Positions 1 to 13,515 are shown, counted from the first letter of the stretch. The stretch: DNA of 64,000 nt from Eledone cirrhosa (GCA_964016885.1 OZ024743.1:279558001-279622000); one strand, 5' to 3'. Numbers and translations: made by a program. The notes: generated by a model from the letters alone, not told the origin.

Positions 1-479
1 TCGGTGATGGATGGTAGCCCAGTGAGAACAGAGGCTAAGCGAATGATTCGTGATTTCAGTGTTTGTATTTCGCCTTGAAATACAGTTGTAGTATTCCTAT
101 TTATCCATCCTGCTGAAGGTCAATAAATTAAATAACTGTAATTATTTCGGTCCAGTCAATGTAATAATCCGACCAACACTTGCAAAATCAATCTAGAAGA
201 GAGTAAGGATGCAATCATTTTTATGTCCTTTCTCTTAGGTTCAATTTATAAAAGGGCCTCTAGCATAAAAAAAGAAACACAACTAAAATAAATAAATGAA
301 AATCTAAAGAAGTGAGAAGGAAAGAAGAAATGTAAAGACAATAATAACAACAACAGTAGTAACATCAATAGCGCTATAATGAAGTTGTTGATTTATGTCC
401 GTTCGAATGTAGGGTCACTGCAGAGGTGACTTTATGGCTAAAACAGATGATAGCATTTCATTAATTTTTATCTCTTTCC

Positions 480-1468
480 AACACCAACGCCAACACCACC
501 AGTGATATCATCGTCGACGACGCCACCGCCGTAACCGCCGCCACCACCGCCGTCACCACCGCCGCTGCGCCACCGTTGTCGTCGTCGTTATCATCATCAC
601 CATCATCATCATAAACATCAACATCAAGACGACCACCAATATCATAACGGCCATTGCCATCAAATCAAGAAACATAATCACCATCACGACCACCACCGAC
701 ATCTCCAACTTAACCACCACTAACAACGACAATACAAAAACAACTAAAATGTAAAAGATTATCTCCACCCACTACCCTAAATCCAACCCCATTGCTAGAT
801 TCACCTCTAACTCCAAGAATCAGCAATAACAGCTATTACACACCACAATTGCCACTACCACTACCACAAAAACAGCCTACATTACCATCATCATTACCTC
901 ATACAACACTGAAGCACAACTAATAGCATTGCAGCCATTACCACAGATCACCACCAACACAACACTAATATTTCAATGCTGAAAGTTACCATCACCATAA
1001 GCACCCATACCACAACACACACCATCACCATTTTGACTTACCACACCCCAAAACCCTACCATCATATTATAGAATACATCAGCCAAAAGGAAAAAAAAAG
1101 CGAGATCATCATCATCACAAAAGCTACAACAAACGTCAATACCACAACATAGACACCACCACCACCACACCATAACAAAAAAACTGCCACTGCATCATAA
1201 CATCACCAAAACTATAACCACTAGCAGAGTCACTGCCACATTACATCACCATCATCGACACCACTATCACGGCTACCATCACAAACATGAACAGACAAAA
1301 TAACAATGCAAACAACACATTAGCTACCACCTCGACTGCTACACCGACTAACACCATAGTATTATCAATATTATTACGACGTTTGCCACAAACACCATAA
1401 TGATATCCACACTAAAATTGATATTACATCATTATATCAAATGCTGCTGCTGCTACTACTGCTGCTGT

Positions 1469-1520
<52 letters not shown>

Positions 1521-1580
1521 GCTGCTGCTGCGGGTGGTACTGGCGCTGGTGGTGCTGGTGCTGCTGGTGGTACTGCTGCA

Positions 1581-1650
<70 letters not shown>
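480..1650. repeat. Degenerate (CAC/ACC/CAT)n low-complexity tract ending in (CTG)n/(CTA)n arrays
   Basis: Cryptic trinucleotide periodicity, with pure CTA runs at ~1470-1520 and 1582-1650. Confidence 0.9.
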
Positions 1651-1654
1651 TGGA

Positions 1655-1756
1655 TACACACAAGGCCAGCAATTTTCCCAATGCACTACTGGTGCTTTAT
1701 TTTATCGACCCCGTAAGGATGAAAGAGAAAGTTAACCTCAACGGGATTTGAACTCA
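1655..1756 (-). mobile_element. tRNA-derived SINE family A, partial copy
   Basis: Reverse complement of the family consensus gagttcaaatcccg...aactttgcctttcatccttacggggtcgataaaataaag, which recurs more than 12 times in the window. Confidence 0.8.
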
Positions 1757-1779
1757 TATAATATAATACAATGCAAATG

Positions 1780-1830
<51 letters not shown>

Positions 1831-1832
1831 TG

Positions 1833-2160
1833 ATGATGGCTGCAACACGATTTCGAGTACTGCCATTGCTTGATACTTAAGCATGAGGATCACGGACGTG
1901 GCTTTTTAATCTTGCTATGGATTTGCCTATGCCCAGCAATACCATGCATCACTAAAAGTATCAAGCGATGCCTGTACTTGAAGATTTTTGAAGTGAGGAA
2001 AGGTTTTGCGGGGGACCAATCCCACTCTCTGAACATCGAATGCCTAAAAAGAAGAACTGGTCTACATCATTGGGTGCAAACGAAGTCGTGTGTTTTATAT
2101 CAGAGTGACCTTCTCCTAGAGTCATGTCTTAATGAAGACTAGGAGTCTCTCGCCCCACAA
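1833..2160. mobile_element. Old interspersed repeat, related to 49945-50240
   Basis: Shares gatggctgc, cccactctct, ttttat-tcagagt and ccttct-ctaga blocks in the same order as 49945-50240. Confidence 0.4.
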
Positions 2161-2200
2161 AATGTTTTTCTTGTCTTCGTGAAGCGAGAAACTCCTAGTC

Positions 2201-2270
<70 letters not shown>

Positions 2271-2272
<2 letters not shown>

Positions 2273-3560
2273 GCCATCATTTAGCAACGTTTTACTCTTT
2301 GTATTTTGTACATGCTATTATCTGTCAAATATGGAAGTTTGTGTTGGCTTCTTTACAATTAATTTACACATAGTATTTTGCTGCAATGTTGGCAGTTGTC
2401 AAATCAAACGGATTTCCAGCCTTCTCCATACTGTAATATTAGGTCTATCTAATAATACTTTGTCCTGTCTGAACTTTCATTTTTATTAAGACGGCAAGGA
2501 ACAATTAGAAGGATTTCGGCTGCTATTTCTAGCTGGTCGAGCGAATATATAACGGCTTCTTAGTTGGCATCTCTCTTTAAACAGATTTGTTATTGAACCT
2601 TGGATTTCCTGTTTACTTCTCAAGTCATAGTCACACAGTTAATAACACATTTCATTGTCTCTCATTTTATCGCATATATCTCTCTAGTTACTCTTAGCAT
2701 GTTATCAGATATCTATAACTTAACCTTTTTTAATCATGTTTTATATATTTCTCAATATTCTCTTTGTTATTATTAACTGATCCACCAGATGACGTTTCAT
2801 GTGCTGTATGAAAGATTTCAATCCCCCATTTTTAATATAATTCATATTTTCCCAATAATTATCCAACAGTTCTATCGTTAAGCATTTTGTATCTGTATAA
2901 AACATTACTTATAACGTTTGAAGGCTGTCTTTATATGTCGTAACCTTTAGAGTTGAGTTGTCTAACATTGTAGGTTGTGTAGAGGGTGAAGTTAAATGTA
3001 GTTTATAGAAACGTGAGAAAATATGGGGAAATTACGAAATATCAAAATGATATCAAAATAAGTAGCATTATCGATTACTGCTCTTCAAATTTTAATATCT
3101 GCTACACTGTGTTACTCCAACTGAATTGAGTATGTATCTATTGAATCAAACCATAAACTTATATCATTGAAGCATTATTATTTTACAATATATACATGCG
3201 TTGTTGCATCTTCTACGTAACTTTCTTTCTTGCTTGATATATGTAAGGAGGATTTATTCCAATAGTGTACAGAAATGTATATTTTTCTCATACATAGTTG
3301 AGGAAGGACATTAGCCATACATTTTGTGCATCATCTCCAATATTCCGGGAATTCATGCATTAGGAAGCAGTGCATCAGAATAACAAGTTATCCCAAGAAC
3401 AGAGGTCGGTTCCGAATGCTTACAACTCTGCTAAACGCACTCGTGACTCAGGTGTTGGTTTTAACCGGCAAACAACAATATAATAGTACAAAATGTTTAC
3501 ATCAATACTGTCCACATTAACTACGTTAATATTCCTTCATTCCTGTTGTAGCTTATGAGT
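2271..3560 (-). pseudogene. Possible very old Penelope-like reverse transcriptase remnant
   Basis: Minus-strand peptide scraps LWFDSIDTYSIQL and NPFDLTTANIAAKY resemble the PLE motifs WFxxI...FIQLD and NPPF...TNIG, in the expected order. No ORF remains. Confidence 0.25.
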
Positions 3561-4984
3561 ATTTGCTGAGAATAGTACAAATGCTTCAGATGTAATCTAA
3601 GTCAAATTCTTCGTGATATCTTGTTTTTTGCCTCCGGGAAGAAAACAAATGAAGTATTCGATTTGTCTCATGACTGTAACAAAAGTATTAGCAACATAAT
3701 ATTTCAGATTCAATGGACTTAAGCATAGTGTCACGTACAAATAGAAAGACAAGTGTCTTGAAAACGAACCTAATGTAACAATAAAGATTTGAGTGATCGT
3801 GGTATCTCTTTATGATATTAATAATTATTCCTTCTTATGGTGTTGTTGTTATTAATATAATAAATAGTGTCATACAGAAACGTTAAATCTACAAAGTAAA
3901 ATACCTTGCAGCATTTTCTTATGTCCGATTTTATTGTGTCCCAATTCTGCTGAATCAAATTGGCCTTTTATCTCTTCCGGGTCAGTGGAATCAATAGCTG
4001 TATTAAACTAGTGTCAGTTGAAAGAAGTTTGCTTCATAAGCACACGGCTCTGGGTACGATGTTCTGATTACGCCATAGTGACGAGTTGCTCGAACTTTGT
4101 CAATGAAATTATAGGAAAAGCATTCTATTTCCTCTCTCCGCAAAAGTTTTCAGACCTATAATAAAGACTATGGGCATTGTCATTCTTACATTGACTAACC
4201 AAGGGTTTGAGATGAACTTTCGCACAAATTGATATTACTTATCTGAAAGTCAATAAAGCAAATATTATATGCAGGGGTATATTTAATTTAACCCTTTACA
4301 TACAAATGTATTTACTTATTTATTTATTTGTTTTGCTTTTTATTTCAAACTAATCTGTAGTTCATTTTGATTAAAAACCGTACGAACAATACCACTGTAT
4401 AAAGTAAGTAGTTCATTTGTACGCTACTAGTTATTCCACTCTGATGTTTGAGAATACTCCCTTCGGCAGCTGCATACACGTTTATGGTCGCTGTCTACAA
4501 ATCAAAATCATTCCACGCAGCTTACATCAGAAAATCCAGACTAAATGTTATCGATTTCATTCTATTATCCATCCAACATGCAATACATTATCGAATCATC
4601 TTCCTATGTGTTTTATATTCGTTATGCCATCTAACACGTTGTTCTCTATATTTAATGTCTTATATTCACAGTAGTAGTGATATCATTAGGCCTTGAAATA
4701 GCAGTGATGTTAAAACGTCGGACAGACTACTAGAGGTGTTCGTTCCGGCTCTCAGACTTTTGGGTTCTAAAGTCAAATCCCGCCGAGATGAACTTCAGTT
4801 TTCATTCTTTTGAAGTCGATATATAACGTACCAGTCGAATATTGGATTGATTCTTCCTCTGTATCTCTTTCTAACGTATATGTCTCCCTATGTCAGAATG
4901 TGTTATGAACTGGATCCCATTAGGAGATATGATTTGCATCTTGAAGCTTAGGCTGAAAGATAGGAGGGTGTGTCGGTGGAGAAA

Positions 4985-7170
4985 GTTTATGCACCAACCA
5001 AGGATTCCCAATGCTTGGCCTTCCTTGATGAAGTCCTTGCAGCGTTAAATGTATTTAAGACCGAGTCATATATCCCGATGGAAGACTTCAATGGACATGT
5101 TGGCACTGACAACCTGACATAGAAAGTAGTGGTTGGAAGGAATGGCAACACTGATCTAAATACGAATAGGGAGGCCTTACTAGACTTCTGTTCTAGCAAT
5201 GGATTCTCTATTATGAATACATTCTTCCAGCACAGAGACATCCATAAATGTACATGGTATAAGGGGAATCAGAGACAGAGATCAATAATTGATTTTGTTA
5301 TTGCCTCTAATCTCTTTAATCTGTGCTGGATGTTCATGTTAAGAGAAGTGCTGAGCTGTCAACTGATCACCATCTAGTTATCTGCAATTTGAAATTGCAT
5401 AAAGTCAAAGAAACCCACAAAGCTGGCAGGTCCAGGATAATCTACAGAATAAAGTGGGAAGCATTTGTGGATAAAGAAGTCAGGATAAGGTATGCAGATA
5501 TTATTGCATTCAAATTCAGAGAACTTCCTGAACATCAGAACGGTGAGACAGAGTGGAGATTGTTCAGCGCAGCGGTTTCTGCTTCAGCTGTTAAATTCTA
5601 CGGGCAAAAGAAGCTTGGTGTTGCGCGGGATGGCAGGGGGACCCATTTGTTCAAACAAGAGGTCAAAGATGCCGTCCGAGCAAAGAAGGAGGCTTGCAAA
5701 TCTTGGCTTGGAAAGAAGACCTCCTTCCTGCACTTACGGTACAAGCAATCACGAAAAACTATAGCAGAGAGAGTAAATGCTTCCAAAGTGAAAACATGGA
5801 AGGACTTTGGGTTTAAGTTGGAATCCGACTTCAGATCAGCAAATAAAGTTTTCTGGCAGACAATCCGAAGACTTTGAAACAAGAAGCCCTCCTCCACACC
5901 GGCTATCAACACCGCATCTGTGGTTCTTCTCTCTTCCGAGAGGTGCATCCTCGTGTAGTGGAGAGAATACTTTACTAATATCCCAAAACCCGATCGCAAC
6001 AGCATCAACAGATGTACACGAGATGCATCTGGGAGCGGTGACTAATCTCTCAGAGACTGAGGTCACAAGAGAAATTACAGAGCTCAAATCTAGGATGCCA
6101 CTGGGAAGATGAAATACTGCCAGAGATGTGAATAGCCTTAAATAGAGAAGGCTGACTTATGTGTGCCGGTTGGCCTGGATCTCTGGAAAGGCTTCTAAGC
6201 AATGACAATCGGGAGTGATAATCCCAATTTTCAAAAATGAAGACAAGAGAACTTATCAGTAACCCTGATAAGGTATATGCTAAGTGTATGGCAAAAAGTT
6301 ACAGGGAGATTGTCGAGTCCATACTAGCTGATAAATAGTGTGGTTTTCACCCTGGAAGAGTGCGTACTGTCACCTCTCTTGTTCATTATATTTTAGGATG
6401 AACAGGATTGACATGCGCAGCCGGGATGGAGTTGTATCATGACTGGTTGGTGTAAAATCATTCGGCTGGAATTTGCAGACAACCTGGTGTTACTTAATTC
6501 GACAGAAGATGATCTTTGACTTGCACTTGATAGGTTAGATGCCGAGTGTGGAATTAACATCAGTGCTGTGAAAACTGAGACACTCGTCCTCTCAAGGAAG
6601 CGTTTGCAGTGCGCACTGCGTATGAATGGAGTTCCACTGAAGCAGTTAGAGAAGTTCAAGTATCTTGGGGCTGTATTCACGAGTGATGGAATGCTAGGGG
6701 CTGCATTACGTACAGGAATTGAAGGAGCTGATGCAGTAATACGCCAGAATGGAGTTAGCCGTAAAAGCCAAACTCGCTGTCTTCAATTCAGTATTCGTGC
6801 CAACCCTTACCTATGGTCATGAATCTTAGGTAATGAGAGAAAGAATACAATCGCGAATACAAGCGGCCGAAATGGGATTCCTAGGAAGGATCTTTTTTTG
6901 GTAACGTTACTCGATAAAGTGGATGTCTCGCAGATCAGAGAGTCACTACATGTAGAGTCGCTACTTCTCAGAATTGAGAGATCACAGCTCCAATACTAGG
7001 GACATGTATTTAGAATGTCTCGGGAAAGAATTGATGTAGGGCTTGAGACCCAGAGGTAGACCCCAAACAAGGTGGTTGGATAATATAATGACCTTCGCTA
7101 GTCACTCTTGGGGATCCAAATGGTTGCTTCTGACAGGAAGCGCTCGACCCTCTCAGGAATGAATGAGCGA
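4985..7170 (+). mobile_element. Decayed RTE-clade (Expander/Rex3-like) LINE: APE endonuclease plus RT pseudogene
   Basis: Motifs DFNGHVG, NTFFQHRDIHKCTWY, SIIDFVI, VKRSAELSTDHHLV, IPIFK, GFHPGR, CVLSPLLF, EFADNLVL, FKYLG, LTYGHES and RGRPQTRWLD spread over several frames with stops. An internal RT deletion lies near 6360. Confidence 0.9.
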
Positions 7171-7197
7171 AGATGTAGAAGATGAAGATAGGTATAC

Positions 7198-7228
<31 letters not shown>

Positions 7229-7250
7229 CATGCACAAACACACACATCCA

Positions 7251-7282
<32 letters not shown>

Positions 7283-7288
<6 letters not shown>

Positions 7289-8055
7289 TAAAGTTAGTCC
7301 TTCATCAGTGATCTTCCAACCATCATTGGTATTTCATCGCTTTAAAGACCATATACCTCCGGTTGGTGCGAGCAACGGCTAAAAAAAGTCGTTGGGACAC
7401 GTAAATAAAGGGAACACGAGTGTAAACAAACAAAAATGGTGAAGCAACGAAAAGTGAGGAAGAAGGAGTCAAGTCCCAAATTTCTATGAATTTAAATTCG
7501 GTGAAATCGTGAACGAGAGAGAATAAAGACCATCAAACCTGGTTGGAATGTAAGCAAGGAAGGAATTCCGTACAGGTCTAACGGGAGGAAGAAGGGATCT
7601 AGTTGTGATTTCGGTGAACGTAAGTTCTGTGAAATCGTAGACGAGAGAGAGAAAAAAAGCGACCTGCCAGAACAAGGGTGCGAAAGAAAAGAATTACGCA
7701 CAGGTCAAACGGGAAGAAGGAGGAGGAGGAGAAGTAGTAACAGAGAATGAGTGAGTGAAGGGTGAGGAAGAGGCTAACAGAGAGAGTGACCGCTAGAGAG
7801 GGTAAAGATACAGAGAAAGAGGAAGCAGTAAGAACGAAATAGACGTGTAACAGCGGGGAAAAAATATATGTAAATATGACAAAAACGTGCTGCGGGGTTG
7901 CTAATGGGTTACATATGAATAAAGTTAGTCCTTCATCAGTGATCTTCCAACCATCATTGGTATTTCATCGCTTTAAAGACCATATACCTCCGGTTGGTGC
8001 GAGCAACGGCTAAAAAAAGTCGTTGGGACACGTAAATAAAGGGAACACGAATGTA

Positions 8056-8061
<6 letters not shown>
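7283..8061 (-). mobile_element. Element with 148-bp terminal direct repeats (period 631 bp) between TA arrays, PLE pLTR-like
   Basis: 7283-7430 equals 7914-8061 with one mismatch. The repeat carries ctgatgaaggactaac on the minus strand, identical to the 5' half of the hammerhead at 11555. Confidence 0.7.
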
Positions 8062-8127
<66 letters not shown>

Positions 8128-8271
8128 AAATAGGATTTCGCTTCAAGCATAGCTTTATACAATATGTATAGAAATTTTGTATTTCTAAAGAAACATGGTT
8201 TTAGGAAGCCGTAGCTATGCAAAACGGGGGCTTACGCCCTATGGTGGTGTCCAGCAGAAACAAGGGGTACA

Positions 8272-8315
8272 ACCGTCTATGCATTTCAGGCTTGACTGGC
8301 CTTCGTCAGGACGGT
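8272..8315 (-). ncRNA. Type I hammerhead ribozyme (minimal, palindromic stem III)
   Basis: Exact reverse complement of 8368-8411. Confidence 0.85.
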
Positions 8316-8367
8316 CCCTCCCACCGCTTGCTACTGCTGGACGTGAAAACAGTCGAGAGTGGAAGGG

Positions 8368-8411
8368 ACCGTCCTGACGAAGGCCAGTCAAGCCTGAAAT
8401 GCATAGACGGT
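8368..8411 (+). ncRNA. Type I hammerhead ribozyme (minimal, palindromic stem III)
   Basis: accgtc CTGACGA aggc cagtcaa gcct GAAA tgca TA gacggt. Stem I extends via aaggg/ccctt across a bulge. Confidence 0.88.
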
Positions 8412-8688
8412 TGTACCCCTTGCTTCTGCTGGACATCACCAGAGGTCGTAACCTCCGGTGTTTGCATAGCTACGGCTTCTTAAAACCGTATTTCTTTAGA
8501 AATACGAAATTTCTATACATATTGTATAAAGCTATGCTTGAGACGAAATACTATTTCTATTCTATTATAAGTTGAGACAACTGATGCAGCTTCATATGCA
8601 AATGAGATTAATAACCTCATTTACACAGACGAGAAAACTATATATTCTCGACTGTTTTCAAGTCCAGCAGTGGCAAGCGGTGGGATGG

Positions 8689-8732
8689 ACCGTCCTGACG
8701 AAGACCAGTTAAGCCTGAAAAGCATAGACAGT
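8689..8732 (+). ncRNA. Mutated copy of the 8368 hammerhead
   Basis: accgtc CTGACGA agac cagttaa gcct GAAA agca TA gacagt. Core is intact but the stems have mismatches. Confidence 0.7.
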
Positions 8733-8866
8733 TGTTCCCCTTGCATCTGCTGGACACCACCAGAGGGCGTAAGCCTCGGTGTTTACATAGCTACGGCTTC
8801 CTAAAACCGTATTTCTTAAGAAATACGAAATTTCTATACTTATATATATATATACCCACACACATG

Positions 8867-8911
<45 letters not shown>

Positions 8912-8914
8912 CAG

Positions 8915-8965
8915 GGCTTCCTGATGATTTCTCCCGAATGAAACACTTCTAGTCCTGTAGAAGCC
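8915..8965 (+). ncRNA. Type I hammerhead ribozyme, second family
   Basis: ggcttc CTGATGA t ttc tccc gaa t GAAAC ac ttctagtc ct GTA gaagcc. The paralog at 20791-20841 shows a compensatory stem I change. Confidence 0.8.
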
Positions 8966-9110
8966 ATTTCTATATTAAATATTTATACTCTGCTATGTAT
9001 TGAGTACCTTACTTACTGCGGTTACCCCCGATTGAAGCCGTGATAAACTTATATATATATAAGTAAGTATGTTTTGAAACAGTTAGCAGGTTTTAAATTA
9101 GAAAATAGAA

Positions 9111-9313
9111 TACCTTTCACCGTATTTTTGACTAAAGAAAATTTTTTTTTTTAGCCTGATAATGGGGTTTAGAAGCCTCAGATAAATGGAAAAAGATGAG
9201 TATTGACGTATATGTACGTCAATACTCATCTTTTTCCATTTATCTGAGGGTTTTAAACCCCATTATCAGACTAAAAACAAAAATTTCTTTAGTCTAAAAT
9301 ACGGTGAAAGCTA
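9111..9313. repeat. ~200-bp foldback palindrome with almost no loop
   Basis: Arms are reverse-complementary around gacgtatatgtacgtc at ~9212. Confidence 0.92.
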
Positions 9314-9334
9314 TATATATATATATATATATAT

Positions 9335-9965
9335 ATAATTGGATACTTAGTAAAATCGAATCTCTGGCGGTGTGCAAGCAAATTCGGCCTACTATATGAA
9401 TGAGTTAGCAAGCACTCGACAAGGTAGGTCCTTAGATAATAACATACGTTTAAATAGCTTGACAAATTGAACATTGTTGTAGGCAAAATCCAACACACAA
9501 TACCAAAGTAACGAAAGAACTAACAGGTTGAGAAAAATACACCTGGACAAATCAAACGTTATACGTTTAAAATGTTTCTATGAATCCGAAATCAAATATC
9601 AGACTTACGTAACTGGCAAGCTCGTGGTATTCATCATCGAACAGAGGATTCAGTTCCTCAACAGGTTTTCGTTCTACCAAAGAATGGGGCGAGAAGCTAA
9701 ATGTTGCGGCTAGCTGCAGCGTATCGTATATTTAGTTGTCACGTGTTATTTCCAGCAAGGGAAATAACCCCGGTTTTTGGCGGATCATTCAAAATGTTAG
9801 ACAAAGGAAATATTATAATTTCCGCTAACCATCAGAATAAGCTCTCGACCAGATGTTATTAAACAAACACAAATAATTAACCAATAAACAGAATTGTCTA
9901 ATTAAATTAATTAGTTAATTATTAAATCTAGGAGAAAATAATATAATTGGATACTTAGTAAAATC
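9335..9965. mobile_element. ~630-bp element with 24-bp terminal direct repeats between microsatellites
   Basis: tataattggatacttagtaaaatc occurs at both ends. A very degenerate hammerhead-like string lies on the minus strand at ~9762-9836. Confidence 0.5.
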
Positions 9966-9966
9966 A

Positions 9967-10100
<134 letters not shown>

Positions 10101-10938
10101 GTTTTGTTGTGTTGTTAAGCACCTGGTCATCTCGATCTAACCTATGCTGAAAAATGTTCCACAAGCTACATCTGAAATTTGTAATCAGCCGTTATTTTTT
10201 ATCGGCTTGTTTTATGCAACTCTCTTTCATTTTGACCCACAGACTGATACACTTCCGATATGTATTTCTGAAAGAACGTTTGGCTCATCATATATCTATA
10301 AACATCTTATACTTACAAACTGTGTAATTACATGCATATATGTGTATGTCTGCTGGAGTGCTTTATTTTGAAAAAAAAATATAACAGCTTGGTTGTGAAG
10401 ATAAACTGCATGCAGATTGGCTTCCCACAACCACGTGTACACTTAACCTAGTTCTCGGATAGAATTAGTATGTGAGCTTTGAATTATATATACTACTCAT
10501 TTTCCCAGCTGAGTGGACGGATGCAACGTAAAATAAATTGTACTTTGCTTTGGTTACCAATACTACAATGATGGAGGTGGTGTTTAATCCTCATCACACC
10601 CCGTCTTGGCTAGTTTCCTCGCCAGTTAGAATTAACATTAAACAATTATATGGAAGAATTTCAAAGAAGAGGAATGGAATTTCATTTGAATTATACAAAT
10701 ATATGTTACAATAGAATTAACACTAGTGTGCGTGAAGACACATATGATCATACATAATTATCCACTCACATACCTGCATGCATACCTACATACACACATG
10801 TGCATACACTCATACACATACACGCACATACACATACACGCACTCATACACACACACACGCATATATATAGGTATATATATGTATATATATATAGGTATA
10901 TGTATATATATATATATGTAGGAGGTGAGTTATATTAT

Positions 10939-10971
<33 letters not shown>

Positions 10972-10996
10972 ATCTTATATGTATATAATCTTATAT

Positions 10997-11068
<72 letters not shown>

Positions 11069-11079
11069 TATATATAGGT

Positions 11080-11668
11080 TGCTATATCAAGCGTTAACCT
11101 AGTATATACCTTTCATATACTGTACCGATTGTGTTGTTATTGCTCTTTACCTCTCACATACATATATATATATATCAACGCTTACGTGGACCTCTCAAAA
11201 CTCGTTGGATTTTCTGATTGGACTTTCACCTCGAAACTGGATACCAACCCGGAGTACACCTGAAATCTTTCGTAACTTTGAAATTCTCTTTGCTCCTTGC
11301 ATTTAAATATTCCACTACTCTCCTCCACTTTTCCTCTACTACATTCTTCTCAGCCGTATATTTTTCACTCCCACCCTAGTACCGTCAATATGCCCAATTT
11401 CAAATATTTTCTCCGCCAGCTCCATTCTACTCTCAAGCGCTTCCTCCAACCTCTCCCCCTATATGAATGGACCTATTATTTTTATCTAAATACATTTTTT
11501 TTCCAATTCCATCCCGTCCGTCCCCTTAATCTATTTTAATTCTCATTCTTTCTTCTGATGAAGGACTAACGTCCGAAACGTTAAAACCCTTTTCCTGCTA
11601 TATCAAGCATTAACCTAATATATACCTTCCACATACTGTACCGATTGTGTTGTTATTTCTGTTTACCT
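11080..11668 (+). mobile_element. PLE pLTR-like unit: ~65-bp terminal direct repeats (period 516) with a hammerhead
   Basis: tgctatatcaagc...tgtaccgattgtgttgttatt at 11080 and 11596. The hammerhead core lies immediately upstream of the second repeat. Confidence 0.7.
11553..11585 (+). ncRNA. Minimal hammerhead ribozyme core
   Basis: CTGATGA a ggac taac gtcc GAAAC GTTA with a palindromic AACGTT stem III. Stem I is weak. Confidence 0.65.
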
Positions 11669-11671
11669 TTT

Positions 11672-11758
<87 letters not shown>

Positions 11759-11773
11759 TACATATATATAGGT

Positions 11774-12246
11774 ACTAACCGAATTGCTGGCGCCTTGCTG
11801 CGTTTCACACATTTGTTTTGTAAGAAAATGATGATTGATTTTAAATCAGTGATATAATTTATGGAGAAAACATCCTCATTTCAATATTACTCAATGTAAA
11901 ATGTAATGCATGAAAAACTGGAAAACATTATTTTTTGTAATATATCAAATCAAAATTATATTATTAAATCTTATTCTTATTTTGTTTCTTGTAAATAGTA
12001 TTTTTCAAAATATCAATTCAAAACTTCTGTGATTAGACATCATATCTTGTCATTTAATTATGATTTAAATTTCATATAAATCGAAGTGAACAAAATTTCA
12101 GCGGGGATTTTGTGCCCCCGGGGAACCCTTTGATTAAAATGAAATATACTTATCCAAGAACCCTGGGCAATGTTGTTTCAGAATATATATCAAAATCATG
12201 GGAGTTGTTCGTGAATAAACAAACAAACAGCGAAGAATACAACTGT
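11774..12246 (-). mobile_element. Non-autonomous Helitron, copy 1
   Basis: Colinear with 56375-57372. The minus strand has (tgtt)n near the 5' end and a GC hairpin plus a mutated CTAG at the 3' end. Confidence 0.65.
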
Positions 12247-12774
12247 ATATATATATATATATTGTTATACTTGGGGAGGGTCATATTTGTGTAATAATAT
12301 TGCCAGAATTAATAACAGAACACACTCACTGTTTGGTTGGTTTTCGCTTCTGTGTCTTTTACATCGGTTAATTTAATTTATTCGGTCCTCAATGTTTCCA
12401 TTGACTGACCAACGGTCAAAAATACAGATACAATATAGACACAAACACATATATATAGTCTAACAAAGTTCCTTCGTTGCACATCTGCAACATCGTCAGT
12501 GGTGCTATTATGTTTCCTCCCGTTGTATTGTATGCCTACGCCATCTTTATTTAGTCTGTTTATTTATTTTGTTTTGTCTTCTCTGTGCATGCGTTTGCGT
12601 GTGTGTGTAGGGTCTGATGTGTGTTCGTGTTTGGGTGACTGTGTATTGGTTATTGTATTCTATCTTAGTTTACTAGTTTGTGTTTATATGTGTTTCTTGT
12701 TATTGTGCTTGTGTATGTATTTATTTATTTATTTACACTTTTCTTAGGTCAGTATTGTTTGTTTGTTTGGGTGC

Positions 12775-13102
12775 TGTTGTTATTCCATTCATTTTTTCTG
12801 TTTAGCCTTGGCCATCGCTGGCCTCTCTGATTTGCCTATCTGCTGGGTCATTTCTATGTTTAGATATTATTCTACTTTCTATGTTGTCTGTGTTACTGGC
12901 ATGTTCGTATAGTACTGAACCGTTTTTTCGTCCTTTTAGTTCCCCCAGCGTTGGTCTATCCCTTCACCTATGCTACGAGCTGTCTCGCCTATGTATGTTG
13001 TTGTCATATTTCTGCAAGTAGCCTCTCTACATCTTATGCTATAGACTACGTTTCTAGTTTTACAGTTTATCCGGGGGTTTACTTTACATCGCAAAAAACT
13101 AA
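12775..13102 (-). pseudogene. Penelope-like element GIY-YIG endonuclease C-terminal fragment
   Basis: NCKTRNVVYSIRC..C..TYIGETARSIGE (ORF 12936-13259), continuing in shifted frames as VLYEHA, IISKHRNDPADRQIREA and LNRKNEWN. Confidence 0.85.
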
Positions 13103-13122
13103 TGTATATATATATATATATA

Positions 13123-13342
13123 TATATCACAGAAAAAAGAGAATCAGTGTTGCGACGAAAGGTATTTATTGGACATATTACAATTAGGAAAATCTGCTTC
13201 GTAGAATCGAGACGTATCCGAGGACCGCACGATTTCAGAGTCAGGTTTGATAACCACATCCATCGTGCCTCGAGCTGGTCGCCCGAGAAACAATTGTACT
13301 ATGTCCAATAAATTCCTTTCGTCGCAAAACTGATTATCTTTC
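13123..13342. repeat. Inverted repeat with ~60-bp arms
   Basis: aatcagtgttgcgacgaaaggtatttattggacata-tacaatt versus aattgtactatgtccaataaattcctttcgtcgcaaaactgatt. Confidence 0.85.
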
Positions 13343-13439
13343 TTTTAAGATATCATACTCTGCTATGAGGGCATCAAGTGCTCAAACGGCCTACCGCATA
13401 TGGACGCTTTAAGCATCCAACACCAATTATATATATATA

Positions 13440-13515
<76 letters not shown>

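Larger units (their letters stand above)
8126..8838. mobile_element. Retrozyme/PLE pLTR-like element: inverted copy plus ~321-nt tandem monomers with three hammerheads
   Basis: 8126-8322 is the reverse complement of 8359-8558. The hammerhead at 8368 recurs at 8689. TA arrays flank both sides. Confidence 0.85.

Noticed and set aside
9155-9185. Hammerhead inside the 9111 palindrome
   Set aside because: ctgataa core is imperfect and no GAAA follows the hairpin.
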